Shown here piece after piece: positions 1 to 10,700 of a stretch of DNA of 64,000 nt (position 1 is the first letter of the stretch; every line of letters begins with the position of its first letter). The notes beneath the pieces were generated by a model that did not search any database, was not told the DNA's origin, and saw nothing but the letters and a program-made list of their open reading frames with translations. The stretch lies in NCBI GenBank assembly GCA_905178155.1, contig CAJINV010000014.1, positions 1,167,858-1,231,857 of the forward strand, given 5' to 3'. The translations under genes were made by a program, and so were the position numbers. The stretch is from Amoebophrya sp. A120. Taxonomy: Eukaryota > Protista > Dinoflagellata.

Positions 1-2988
1 AACGACAGTTCCATATCCTTCTCCCCCTGCTACTGCGCTCCGGAGTGGGCCAACTTTCTGATTGAGGACGGCGACTTTTTGAAAGTGGGGCACCAACTGG
101 ACGTGTGGAGCGTGGGCGTGTCGCTCTGTGAGCTGATCACCCTCGACGCGGTGTTAAAACCGAAGTACGTCTCGATTTACAGAAACACGGGCTCCCACAG
201 AAAAGCCGGGTTTCTGTTTCTCGAGTGGCTCGCCAACGGAAAGGAGGGGCTGGCACTGGATCAATCGGTACTGTATTGAATCAAAACGCTGACCACCACC
301 AGATATATCTTTCTGTAGCTCCTAGTCAAGTTAAAAACAAAAACTTTTTTGTTTGTACAACACTGCAAAAAGCAAAAGTTTTTGAGCACAACGACTTGAT
401 TTTCGTGTGCTACAACTATACCTCTCGTCCGCCACAGATTTCGAAATTCGACCCCGAGTTTACGGATATGGTGCTGACCCGCATGCTGAATAAGAACCCC
501 ATGGCCCGCGTCTCCCTGTATCCCAGAGAAGAAAGCAGGCAGGTCATATTTGTATATGCAAGAATAAACACACCGAATCAGAAAAATCTGTCTTGGGCGG
601 CCCCGTAGCATGCTGTTTAGGATATGTCTTTGTTTGTTTGTTTTTGCATAACAAATATGACCTGCCTTTTTTTTTCTGTGGGATACCCTGGCCGACATGC
701 TGAATCATAACTACGTGAAGGACTGCATCGTGCCCGGCCTGGATACGACGATCGACAAGAAGCAGGAGCACCTGGGCGACAAGGAAAAGGTGAAAAAGCA
801 CCGGTTGGAGCGCTTGGAGGTGAAGGAGACCGACCAGCCACCGCTGATCAAGGGCGTCTTGTGGAAACTGAACTCGGACGGGGACAAGGAAAACGTGGAG
901 CACTGGCTGCGACGGGACGTGTGGCTCGACTGCAAGGGCAACCTGTGTATGCATTGCAAATATGTCTGGGTCTGGAAGGCTGTAACTTGTGATGCTACCT
1001 GTACCTTTGCACTCTACATAAGATCTGTATTGCATGAAAAGCAAATAAAGAGGTGCGCTTTTTGCTACGCGGGGAGAGAATTTCTCATGCGGTACGAGCA
1101 TCAAGGAGCCCTCGCAGAATCTCTGATGCTAGGGCATGCATTACAGACATCAGTGGTCATGCAAAATATGCATGACAATCCTGGCACTTTTCCAGACCCA
1201 GACATTTTTGCACTTTGTACTGTGCTACTACTCCCAGAAAAAGAACAAGCGGCTGGTGATCCTGGACGTGAAGCACCTGGCCACCGCGAAACTGAGCAAG
1301 ACCGGGGAGAAGTCGGTCGACAGTCTGAAATGCGCGTTGCCGCACGTCATCTGCGTCGACTTCGTTTTGGAAGAGTCCGAACTGTCCGACGAAACCAAAA
1401 ACATATTGAAAGGAAAAAATTCCCCTCCCCACATTGAAAAGGTATGTTTCCGAAAATCTGTGTTGCTGATTTGAGGCCACAAATCACATTTGTCTTGCAA
1501 GATGGCAACGCCACAGGTTCCGCCGCATTTTGCAGGCGGTTCGTCATGCTGTTGGGCCTACAGCGCAGACGCTTGTCATGCTAAGCGCCTAGGCCAAAGC
1601 CTCTCTACCCAGGCTTGATATGGGCGCGCAGTCCTCTCCAGCAAGACAAATTTGATTTGTGTACACAGATCCAGCATCAGAAATTCCGTTTTGATATGGG
1701 GCGGGGGGATTTTTCCTTTCGATAAAACGCGCACGAAACCCAGTACTACGCGGCCGAGAGTCACGAGGAGTTGAAAAAGTGGTGCAAGGCGTATAACCTG
1801 CTCAGGTGTTACAATCTCAAACGTTACAATAGAGTCTGGAACTTGTGAAGCAAGAAGTGCATTATCTGGCCAACTCTCATAGGATTGCGCATGACAAGTT
1901 CTGGAGTCCCAATCCGCACTACGATCTGGCGAAATTTGTATTGCAAAAAGTGGAATGCTGTCCGAGTCTGTCATGCTCATCATGCAATATAAGACCAAGA
2001 CTCTATTGAAAAGTTTGAGATTGTAACGTTTGAGCAGGTCATAAAGCGCTCGAGAACGTGATCCAGAACCCGGACAAGTTTGACGTCACCGACGGGCTGG
2101 CTGGAAATCAGAAGGTGCACGTGTCGGCTATGGCCCGCTCAGGTGTTACAATCTCATCAAGTCGGTTCTTACCATAGAGTCTGGAATAAATCTGTGATGC
2201 AAGAAGAAGTGCATGAAGATCTAGTTGTAGCCAGGTTTCACAGGATTGCGCATGACAAGTTCTGGAGTTCCAAATCGCGCCAGAATCTCCTTGAGAAATT
2301 TGTATTGCAGAGAGCGGAAGAACTCGTCTCTGCGAGTCTGTCGTGCTCATCATGCAGGACAAATTCCAAACTCTATCGTTGTAACGCTATAAGATTGTAA
2401 CACCTGAGCGAGTTATATCGGCCAGCATGGTAGAGGAGTTCCGGGAACTGCGGAAAATGCGGAACCGAAGAGAAAAGATCGATAACCACCCGCAGTACCA
2501 ACCAGTTTTTGAGAAGGAGTTGTGGAAACTGAATTCGGACGGTACCTGAATTTTTCAGGCTAAGGTTTGTGATGTCAACACTGATTGTCAGATTGCATTG
2601 GCTGTTGTTTTCTTATCCGGTTTCCACTCTGTGTTGATAATTCATTTTCACTTCGATCACAGGTGACGCGCTCCAGGAGACCGACTGGACCTTCCGAAAG
2701 ATGTGGCTCGCAAAGAACGGCGCGCTGTGCTATTTCAGCAAGAAGGAAAACAAGGAGCTGATGTACTACCGCCCGGAGGACATCCGGCAGGTAACCTACC
2801 GAAAGTTGAAGTACCCCCAGGAGTGCTGCCGACCGCACGCGTTTGAGCTGGCCCTGAAAACCAGCGGGGATAAGGAGCTGGAATTCGCCCCCGGAGTGTT
2901 CGCGGCAGAGGAGGAGAGCGTGATGGCGATCATCTTGGGGTGCATCGAAAAGTACCAGAAAATCAAAAACTCCGCAACCAGCAGCTGA
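1..2988 (+). CDS. Ser/Thr protein kinase (C-terminal part of catalytic domain) followed by two PH-like domains; 5' end lies outside the window
   Basis: Exons 1-267, 438-518, 691-947, 1225-1402, 1729-1791, 2049-2128, 2423-2541, 2663-2988 total 1371 nt in one open frame. Kinase motifs SPCYCAPEW and LDVWSVGVSLCEL; duplicated PH-like segments LWKLNSDG..W.R..WL...G.LCY. GT-AG introns 268-437 and 2542-2662, plus five TIR introns. Confidence 0.88.
519..685. mobile_element. TIR introner (non-canonical intron), singleton family A
   Basis: Ends tatcccagagaa...ttctgtgggata, inner arms ggcaggtcatatttgt/acaaatatgacctgcc. DR ccctg at 514-518 and 686-690. Removing 172 nt gives ARVSL|ADMLNH. Confidence 0.92.
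948..1219. mobile_element. TIR introner, family B (orientation 2)
   Basis: TIR tgcaaatatgtctgggtctggaa / ttccagacccagacatttttgca. DR ctgtg at 943-947 and 1220-1224. Removal gives KGNLC|YYSQKK. Confidence 0.93.
1404..1724. mobile_element. TIR introner, family C
   Basis: TIR tattgaaaggaaaaa..cccc / gggg..tttttcctttcgata. DR aaaca/aaacg. Homologous along its length to 61821-62148. Removal gives DETKN|AHETQYYAA. Confidence 0.9.
1792..2043. mobile_element. TIR introner, family D
   Basis: TIR tataacctgctcaggtgttacaatctcaaac / gtttgagattgtaacgtttgagcaggtcata. DR aggcg/aagcg. Removal gives KKWCKA|LENVIQ. Confidence 0.93.
2129..2417. mobile_element. TIR introner, family D
   Basis: TIR tatggcccgctcaggtgttacaatct / agattgtaacacctgagcgagttata. 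DR tcggc at 2124-2128 and 2418-2422. Removal gives KVHVSA|SMVEEF. Confidence 0.93.
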
Positions 2989-4143
2989 ACCACGATAGGC
3001 CGGCGTATTTGAATCATAAAGCGGTTCTTTGCTCATCTCAGCACGTGCTGATGGAGGATTTATTTTTCCGGTATCATGTTGAACAAGTCGTTCACTTCTG
3101 TTTTTGGTGCGAAAAAATTACGATATCACGACAGATTTATGTCTGTGCACGCGACAGAACAATTAGAGGAATAGAAGAAAAAAACTTACTGAAGTACTAG
3201 AAGACTCTTTCGTTTGGGAAATCATATTTATAGCCAAACTATCGAAATGCGAATTTTTACCAAAGACAACCTCTGGCTCGGACAGTACTACTTAGGAAGG
3301 TTTCTTAACGCATGTAGCACTTTTTTATCCGTTTCACACCCAGCCACGTCCGCAAAGGATAGACCAGAATTGTTCATTGTATGCTATTGCTGTAAAAATT
3401 TATTTTCTAACATCGGTGGAGACTCAGAAGGTTTTCAGAAATACCAGAACAGAGGTAGTACAATTTTACCCAGAAGAAAACATGCAAAATGTGAGTCTAC
3501 TACAAGTACAAACGACTATACATAGACGATGAGAATCAATCCTGAAGGTCCCACAACATATCGTGGTGCGTAGTAGGACCAACAACATGATGAGGTGCAA
3601 TTTGGGTCGCAAGTGATAGACATCGAAATGGAAATTGCATATGCGGATCGAAGACATATTATGTTTATCTTGTAACTGTGGCTAATTGCGAGGATTACAA
3701 CCACGGAAACCGCTGGGTCCGAAGCATCGGGAGGTGCAGCACGACCATTCCCACTGTTCCTTTTGAAACAGACGAGATGATGGGCGGTAGTTTTACGTAG
3801 TATTTTTCTTTATTTTTCTGCCGTCGCTTAAAGGAAACCGAAAATTAAAAGATAAAGAATTATTGAGCGAGTCATCTAGTACTTGCAGATTTGTTTTCCA
3901 TCTTGGTGCAGGCTGCATTGTTTCGGAACGAATCCTACATTGTGAAAAGCGAAAGCCCCCGCATCCCGCTGCCAAGTCAATTTTTTCTTTCTCCCGGATT
4001 GATTATGATTTCGTGATAAGTAGAGCTACGTACTATTCTATTGTGCCTTCATTTTTGCTGTTGTATGTTTGTAGTTGGTTTACAAGTTGTTGCGCTTTCT
4101 TTGCGCATCAATCTTCACGACTGATTCAATCCAAAAAAAGACA

Positions 4144-6546
4144 ATGTGTCCGAACCTCACGCCCGCCAGTGCCAGCTCCTCCTCGACCGGAGGCTCGCCC
4201 TCGGCGTCTGCAGCAAAGCCACTGTCACCACCTGAACCAACCGAGATCTTCTGCCACTTACCACTTCCAAATGGGACTTTTTACACCCGAAAAGTCAACA
4301 TAATCGATTACGGTATGACGTTTGCGATGGTAAAAAGACACTTCCTGCAGGATGCGCAGATTGCCCACCCGGAGATTCTGGGTAGCAGTCAAAAATGGCA
4401 GTTTTTCACCGACCAAAATTTCTGCATTCCAGACGTGAACCCGATTGGGATGTTCTGCCCCTTACCACTTGTGGAAAACGGCAACAGTAATACAACACGA
4501 CGGGGTATCCAATGCAAATGATGTGCCTGGGTCTGGAAGACGCCCGACGCTTTTCAGGCGGTTTGCGCATGTGCGCGAAGGGCGGGATACATAGCACGGA
4601 AAGCATGGCAAGTTCTTTTCTGCGGGGGCTTCTCCATGCCTTGTCTGCATAAGAAAACTTCCGTCCCCGCCTGGAGACAAAAATTGCGCATCTTTTTTTA
4701 CTGACTGTGTATACAGCACAGAAGATTTTTCGTCCTTTCAGAATCCGCATTTGAAGTTTGCTTTCTTCCAGAGGGCAGTTCCTGGCTCGCCTGGGCAGTG
4801 CCCAAGAAGCTTGCTCCACATTGCGTTCTTCCAGACCCAGACATGTTTGCAATGCATACAGGGTAAAAAGATCGAGGAAGACGAGAAACGGTTTGCGATA
4901 TGAGAGTACACAACTAGTACCCCAGGTTCTCAATTCTCATGCAAAACAGTAACTCCACACTTTCCCTCGTGGTCCTGTCACTACTATGCATGATAGGTCC
5001 ATCTTGCAGCCCAAACAGCATCACAACCCTGGGAAAACTTTATCTTGCAAAACCAGGGGGAGTCGTGAGGTTGTGCACTCTCATACAAGAAGCACGAGTA
5101 CTACAAAATTGCGGAAACAGCACCTGACTTTCACGACGATTTTTTTCTGAAGCCAGCGACCGAGAACAGCGAAAACTCCTTGTCGAAGGGGAATGAACTG
5201 TCCTACTACTACGCCCACGGCACAAAGGCGGACAGTAGCAGCAGCCAAAATAGTACAACGGCGCGGGCGCCGCTTGAGCTATCGCAGACAGCGTCGAAGG
5301 GAACAATATGCTCTGCAAAAGTTGTATCATAGTCGTACTAATTGCATTCGTGCAGGACAAATCCTGTTTCATAGCCAAATCAGCGTTAGGAATTCCATTT
5401 TTCCTCCTGGAAAAGTTTGTGATGCGATTTATAGATACTTACTAGAACGATACTTTTTTTGCAATCCATAAACAAGTGCGACGCACAACAAAAGGCAAAG
5501 TCCGTTCGGAACCAACATCGAATTGTACGAGACAATCACAAAGTATAGATGGTTTGTCGTTATGTGTTGAGCTCCTTTGATTTGTCATGCGGAGCTGCGT
5601 TTTACCTTTACAATTACATGCAGATACAGACCTCGTTTTGATGTTTTTGGTCTTGATATGCAGAACGCGATCGCAAAAATGACCGCATTGCATCAAACAT
5701 GCAGGTACTCGTTCGAAGATCACAACAACACGACGGTGAAAGTGTTCGTTCCGCTCGACAACGTGGGCAAACTGGACGCGAGCAAGGTCGAATCGAGGTT
5801 TGGCGAAAGGTATCATAAGGACATAGATACTCATACTCTTGTTTGTTTTCGGCGCATAAGAGTTTAGTGAGGACGCATTAGTAGGCTGGAAAGAACGAAA
5901 ACGAGAAGCAAGAGCGTCTTTAGTGCCTTTTCTCCTTGTTATGTGGCGTTGTATCATTGTGACTTTAGAATCCGCCACCCCAGGTCCTTCGAGCTCCTTG
6001 TCCACGGTTACCAGGGAAAGAATTGGCGACTCGGGTGCGCAAAGACGCACGAATTCATCAACGTGGAGAAGTCACGACACGCGATCCGGAACAACAAAGT
6101 CACGCTCTATTTGCACAAAGCGTATCCACTGCACATATCGATCTGGGTCTGGAGGAAGGCAGATGTAATCGAATCCGTCATGATCCTGCATTAGCATTTT
6201 GATTTTTGTTTTTCTGACCTACAAGAGGGCTTTATGCAGCAAGAGCAACAAGCAGAGCATATCCATATGCATAACTAAAAACAAGTTACGCAGGGGCCTT
6301 TCCTTGCTTGCTAACGGGAATGAAAAGAACAAGTGCCGCTCCTCCCCGAGAAACAAGCGCACTTATGTTGCTTAGGAAGCCTCATTTTCTTGTTTCGGTG
6401 CTACAGAACCAGAAGCAGCATCACTATCACAAGTTTGCATCCTTCGAGGCCCAGATGCCATGCTTGCAATGCATAGAGTGAACGACGGCGCGATCTGGTT
6501 TGACTTGTTTAAGAAGAAAGCCATTGGGGATGATGAGAAGCCATGA
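4144..6546 (+). CDS. CS (p23/SGT1/CacyBP-like) domain co-chaperone-like protein, about 329 aa
   Basis: Exons 4144-4505, 4864-4898, 5091-5306, 5476-5542, 5705-5809, 5984-6122, 6481-6546 total 990 nt in frame. Contains SYYYAH and ITKYSFED..TVKVFVPL..V....VESRFGERSFELLVHGYQGKNWRL...KVTLYLHK...WFDLFKKK, which resembles the calcyclin-binding-protein CS domain. GT-AG introns 5543-5704 and 5810-5983, plus four TIR introns. Confidence 0.82.
4506..4858. mobile_element. TIR introner, family B (orientation 1), diverged
   Basis: tatccaatgcaaatgatgtgcctgggtctggaag ... cttccagacccagacatgtttgcaatgcata. DR cgggg/caggg. Removing 358 nt gives TTRRG|KKIEED. Confidence 0.87.
4899..5085. mobile_element. TIR introner, singleton
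   Basis: TIR tatgagagtacacaac / gttgtgcactctcata. DR tgcga/caaga (diverged). Removing 192 nt deletes a TGA and gives KRFA|KHEYYKIA. Confidence 0.83.
5307..5470. mobile_element. TIR introner, family E
   Basis: tatgctctgcaaaagttgtatc ... gatactttttttgcaatccata. Perfect DR aacaa at 5302-5306 and 5471-5475. Removal gives SKGT|SATHNK. Confidence 0.87.
6123..6475. mobile_element. TIR introner, family B (orientation 1), strongly diverged
   Basis: tatccactgcacatatcgatctgggtctggagg ... ccttcgaggcccagatgccatgcttgcaatgcata. DR aagcg/gagtg. Removal gives LYLHKA|NDGAIWFDLFKKK. Confidence 0.8.
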
Positions 6547-7790
6547 TGAGCAAAGCGAAACCATAATGACAGAAAAAGTACATATTCAATCACACGAGTA
6601 TAATACTTAATCGAAAATAAAAAAAAAAACTTTTTGGCAGAAAACCACCAGAAGAACTGGAAAGAAACATCGGCTGCGCACTTGGGCAGCAGAAATAATC
6701 ATCAACTTGTTCGTCGATAACTAAGAAGATTAAGTCGGTTTATTATTCTAGCTGCTCTTTCCCTTTGTCTTTCAGAACTGTCCCGACGGACGATGAAAAT
6801 CAAAATAACGAGAGGGCACCAGCCTTATGATCTCACTTTCTTGCGTCGGTCGAAAAAATTTGGTGGCGAAATAAAGAAAAAGTTCGATTTCAACATCAAC
6901 CATTGCAGTCACTTGGTCAATTCAAGCTCATCTGGCTCTGAAAGTAGTCGTCCAGACTACTCCAAGATTCACATAGGCAAGGTGAAAAACGCAGAAGAAA
7001 CTTTATTCCTGCAGAAGAAGCAGTAGCAGGGCATGACTTGAGAGGTGAAAAAGATTACGGCCAGAACTAGTAGATGTAGAACCACCCGAACAGGAGCCTT
7101 TGTTTTTGCACTGCCATCATTTTTCGATGAGATGAGCGCGATTTTTCCCAACCTTTTGTCGAACGAATTGGAGTCAACATGATCAGAAAAGATACGTCTT
7201 TGCGGAAGTGGCAGTGCCGCGTTTATGGCAGTGGGCGCAACCCACCAGGATGCAGAGGAGGCAAGAAAGCCGACCTGCCGCGTTCTCACGTATGACTCGC
7301 AATGGCTGTGGTAACGAGTGTATCTGAGTCACGTGGTGGACAGCTTTGTATTGTCGTTGTCGTTCTAGTCGTGTTTTTTTTCCTCGTGTCGATAAAATAT
7401 CAAAGTGCTCGTGCTCGTCTGGTCGTCGTCCTTGTCGTTCTTTTCGTTCACGTACAATATCAGATATTGCTTATTTCGTACAGCAGGGGTCCGTCGTGCG
7501 CTAATACACCGTGTTTCGTTCCTTTTCCCGTCGCGATTTCATAAACAAGGTAATTCCATCTTCGCCGCTGCGGCCACAAGTTCTTGCGAAGAATATCATC
7601 TTTTTCATCGCCCATTCGCTTCACTACAGCTGCCTTCAGCTCTCGAATATAGTTTTTTCTTGAAAGAAAAACCCGACAACACTCTCCAGAACGCATCACT
7701 AAGTATTAAAACTTTCTCGATTGCTGCAAGTGTTTCCTGAACTACTAGGAGCTCAAATTTCATTTTTATTGTTTTCTAGAACCGCTCACA

Positions 7791-10700
7791 ATGGCCTCTC
7801 GAGGTCGTTCCACCGTTGCGTCATCTTCCAGCGGCGCCGCTTCATCTGCTTCTGGTCCTAACATGACCAGGCGCCCGACAATCGAGGAGACAAATCGCGA
7901 CTCCAGGACTTCAACCTCGTCCCCAGGTGCAGCAGATACGCCGGCTGGACAGACAGAAACTACAATTTCGGGTGCGGGTGGCTCTGCAACAGAACAGCAA
8001 ATGCGGAGCTCCAGTACAGTTTTTAACCAAGAAGTCCAAGAACCATCCTCGAGCATCCGGGCGACCCGGCGGTCCACCCGGTCCATCCGATTCATCGAAG
8101 ATCCGGTGCGAGACGAGATCGCGGACCAGGACAAGAAGGCGTTCTACGACGTGGAAAAAATGATCATGAACGACGTGCACCTGCACAACGACAAGGAGCA
8201 CTACATTGTCCCGCCGGTCAGGTGTTTCGAGCCGCAGGTCACCCGCGTGAAGGTGCTGTTCCCGCTGGACCTCGGCGCCGATGAGCTGACCACCCAGCAG
8301 GACATCCAGCGAACCGGGTTGGTGGTCGACAACCAGCACCCGAGGGGGAAAAAACAGGTGAAAATTTGTTGGGACACGGACAACAAGGATGAATTCGAGG
8401 AGATCGCGGAGGAACTCGACGAGAGTTACGCGCAGCACGTAATGGAGGACCAATTTGACCTCGGGGAGAAGTCGAAACGGCGGAAGAAACTGCTGCCGGC
8501 GAAGGCCGACAGCTGGGAAAAGGTGGAGAACTTGCAGATCATCCCGCGGGTGTCCTACCGCGCGCACCACTACGAGGGCCGGTTCGACGTGGATGCAAAC
8601 GTGAAGGACATGAAGGCGAAGTTCTACGACAAAGCGCACGGCCAAAAAGTCTCCGCCCACGCGGACGCGATTCAACTGGTGCCGGAACGGGTGTCGCAGT
8701 TCGACCAGCACGAGGTGGCGCAGGACGGGTTTTATCGGTACTACGATAAGAACGGGCAGTTTCGCGACGACGCGCTCTTCGCGTCCAGCACCTTCGGCCA
8801 GGCGGGGAAGTCCGCGGAGGGCCCGGGCGGACCACTGTCCTTGGACGGGGGGCTGACGGATTGGCTGCAGGGCCCGACCTTGATCAAAAACACGGTTTTT
8901 CAGGACCCCTATTCCACGCATTCCCGGTACTACGGGGCCACGTACGTGGGGAAACAAAAGCGCTTTAAAAAGTCGGTCACGGGAACCGCAGACGCCCTGA
9001 GACAGAGCAAGAGCGAACTTGCCGCGGCAGGCAGAGGGGTCGTGGACAACAGCGACGAAGAAACTTCAGATCTTCCTCAACAGCCGATTGACTACGAGGA
9101 CGACCCGCCGGTGCTGCCGAAATCCCACCCCTTCCACCCGAAGACGGTGGAGAAATTCAACAAGAAGTTCTTCAAGGACGTCCCGCTACCCGGCCCCATC
9201 ACCGCGGAACTCGAGGCAATTCCGGATCGCGACCCCAAGCGCAAGACGAAGTCGGTCATGGAATCGGCCGGGGGAGCGCTGGGTAGTGTAGGGGGAGATT
9301 TGCAGGTGGAGGATTACGTCAGTTCCGAAGAGGAGCGAGAGAAAGAACGACGGAAGCAATTGTTACAGGGGAAAAACCGGAGTAAAACCAGAACCACAGG
9401 TACAACTACACCAGGTGCCGCAATGCCGCCCACCGTGGACGACTTGATCAATCCCGGGCCTTTGCTGGAAAGGAAATCGGAGAAATTTCAGCGCGAGGAG
9501 CAATATCCTGTGCAAAAGTATCGTGCTCGTATTGCAATCATGCATTACAAATTTTTTTCTTATACGAAAATCCGCATTACAAATTTTATTTCGCATGCCG
9601 AGGAAATGCATTTAGACGAGTGCGATACTTTTGCAATGCATAAGCAAGAGAAGCGGACATCATCATCTTCGCAGCAACAACTGCACGAAACCCTGTCCGA
9701 TGTGCCGACGGATGAATTCGAGGAGGCGCTGTACCGCGGTGCGCCGAAGACCGTAGACGTACTAGACCCCAGGGACTGGCTGCGGTCGGACCAGGACAAG
9801 ACCAAGGTGGAGATGCGGGGGAACCCGGTGGTCTCGTATGTGGAGGAGCATTTTGAAATGCCGTATCAACTGCAAAAATGTCTGGGTCTGGAAGAATGCC
9901 AGACTTGCCATGCAGGTTTTCCATGACCCATGAGGTCTGGTATGTAGGACATAGCATGACAGATTCTGTGTTAGTTCGACTTCTATCATGCCTATCCTGA
10001 ATGAGAAACTGCCTCTCGATTAGGTCAAAAGTGGGCAGCTTTTGGTAATCATGCAACACAGATTTTCACATGATTCAGATTTAGCATGACAAGTTCCTTT
10101 GTTCCAGACCCAGGAGACACTTTTGCATTTGATATGCCGGACGGCAAGTTGATGAACAGTTTGCTGCCGGATGTGCCCGACGGCAGCGAGCGCTCCCCCG
10201 AGGAGGGCGCAAAGCTCGCATGGAAACTGCGAGAGCAGGCGATCAAAGGTGCCTACATGGAAAAGAAACTGCCGACAGAGAAACACGAGTACGTGTTGGT
10301 TTATGGGACCGCGGCCGGGGGAACTGAGGACAGTGAGGTGGTCGACGGCTACAAGTGGGGCAAAGAGTTCTACGCACCCTGGGTGCCGTACCCGGACGAG
10401 GTCGTAGCAAGTGACTCGGATGAGGAAAGACTAGGGACTGCTGGGGCTGCTGGTGCATCCACGTCGGCGGCGCAAAGTAGAACTTCGAAGAAGAAGCTCA
10501 AGAAGAAAACGCTGCCGCACTTTTCGCCCGAAGAGCTTATTGAGATGCAAGCGTGTCAGGAAATTTACGGTGTAAATTACGACCCTTCGAAAGTGCCGGA
10601 GGTTCTTTTGTCGGACAAAGCTAGAACAAGTGACCCTGCGAAGGACGTGCAACAAGAGCGAAGAAGTAGAGGAGAGGATGAACAAGCAAATAACGCTACT

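Noticed and set aside
4144-4903. Short stand-alone gene ending KRFAI* at 4903
   Set aside because: The TGA lies inside TIR element 4899-5085; removing it continues the frame into the CS-domain exons.
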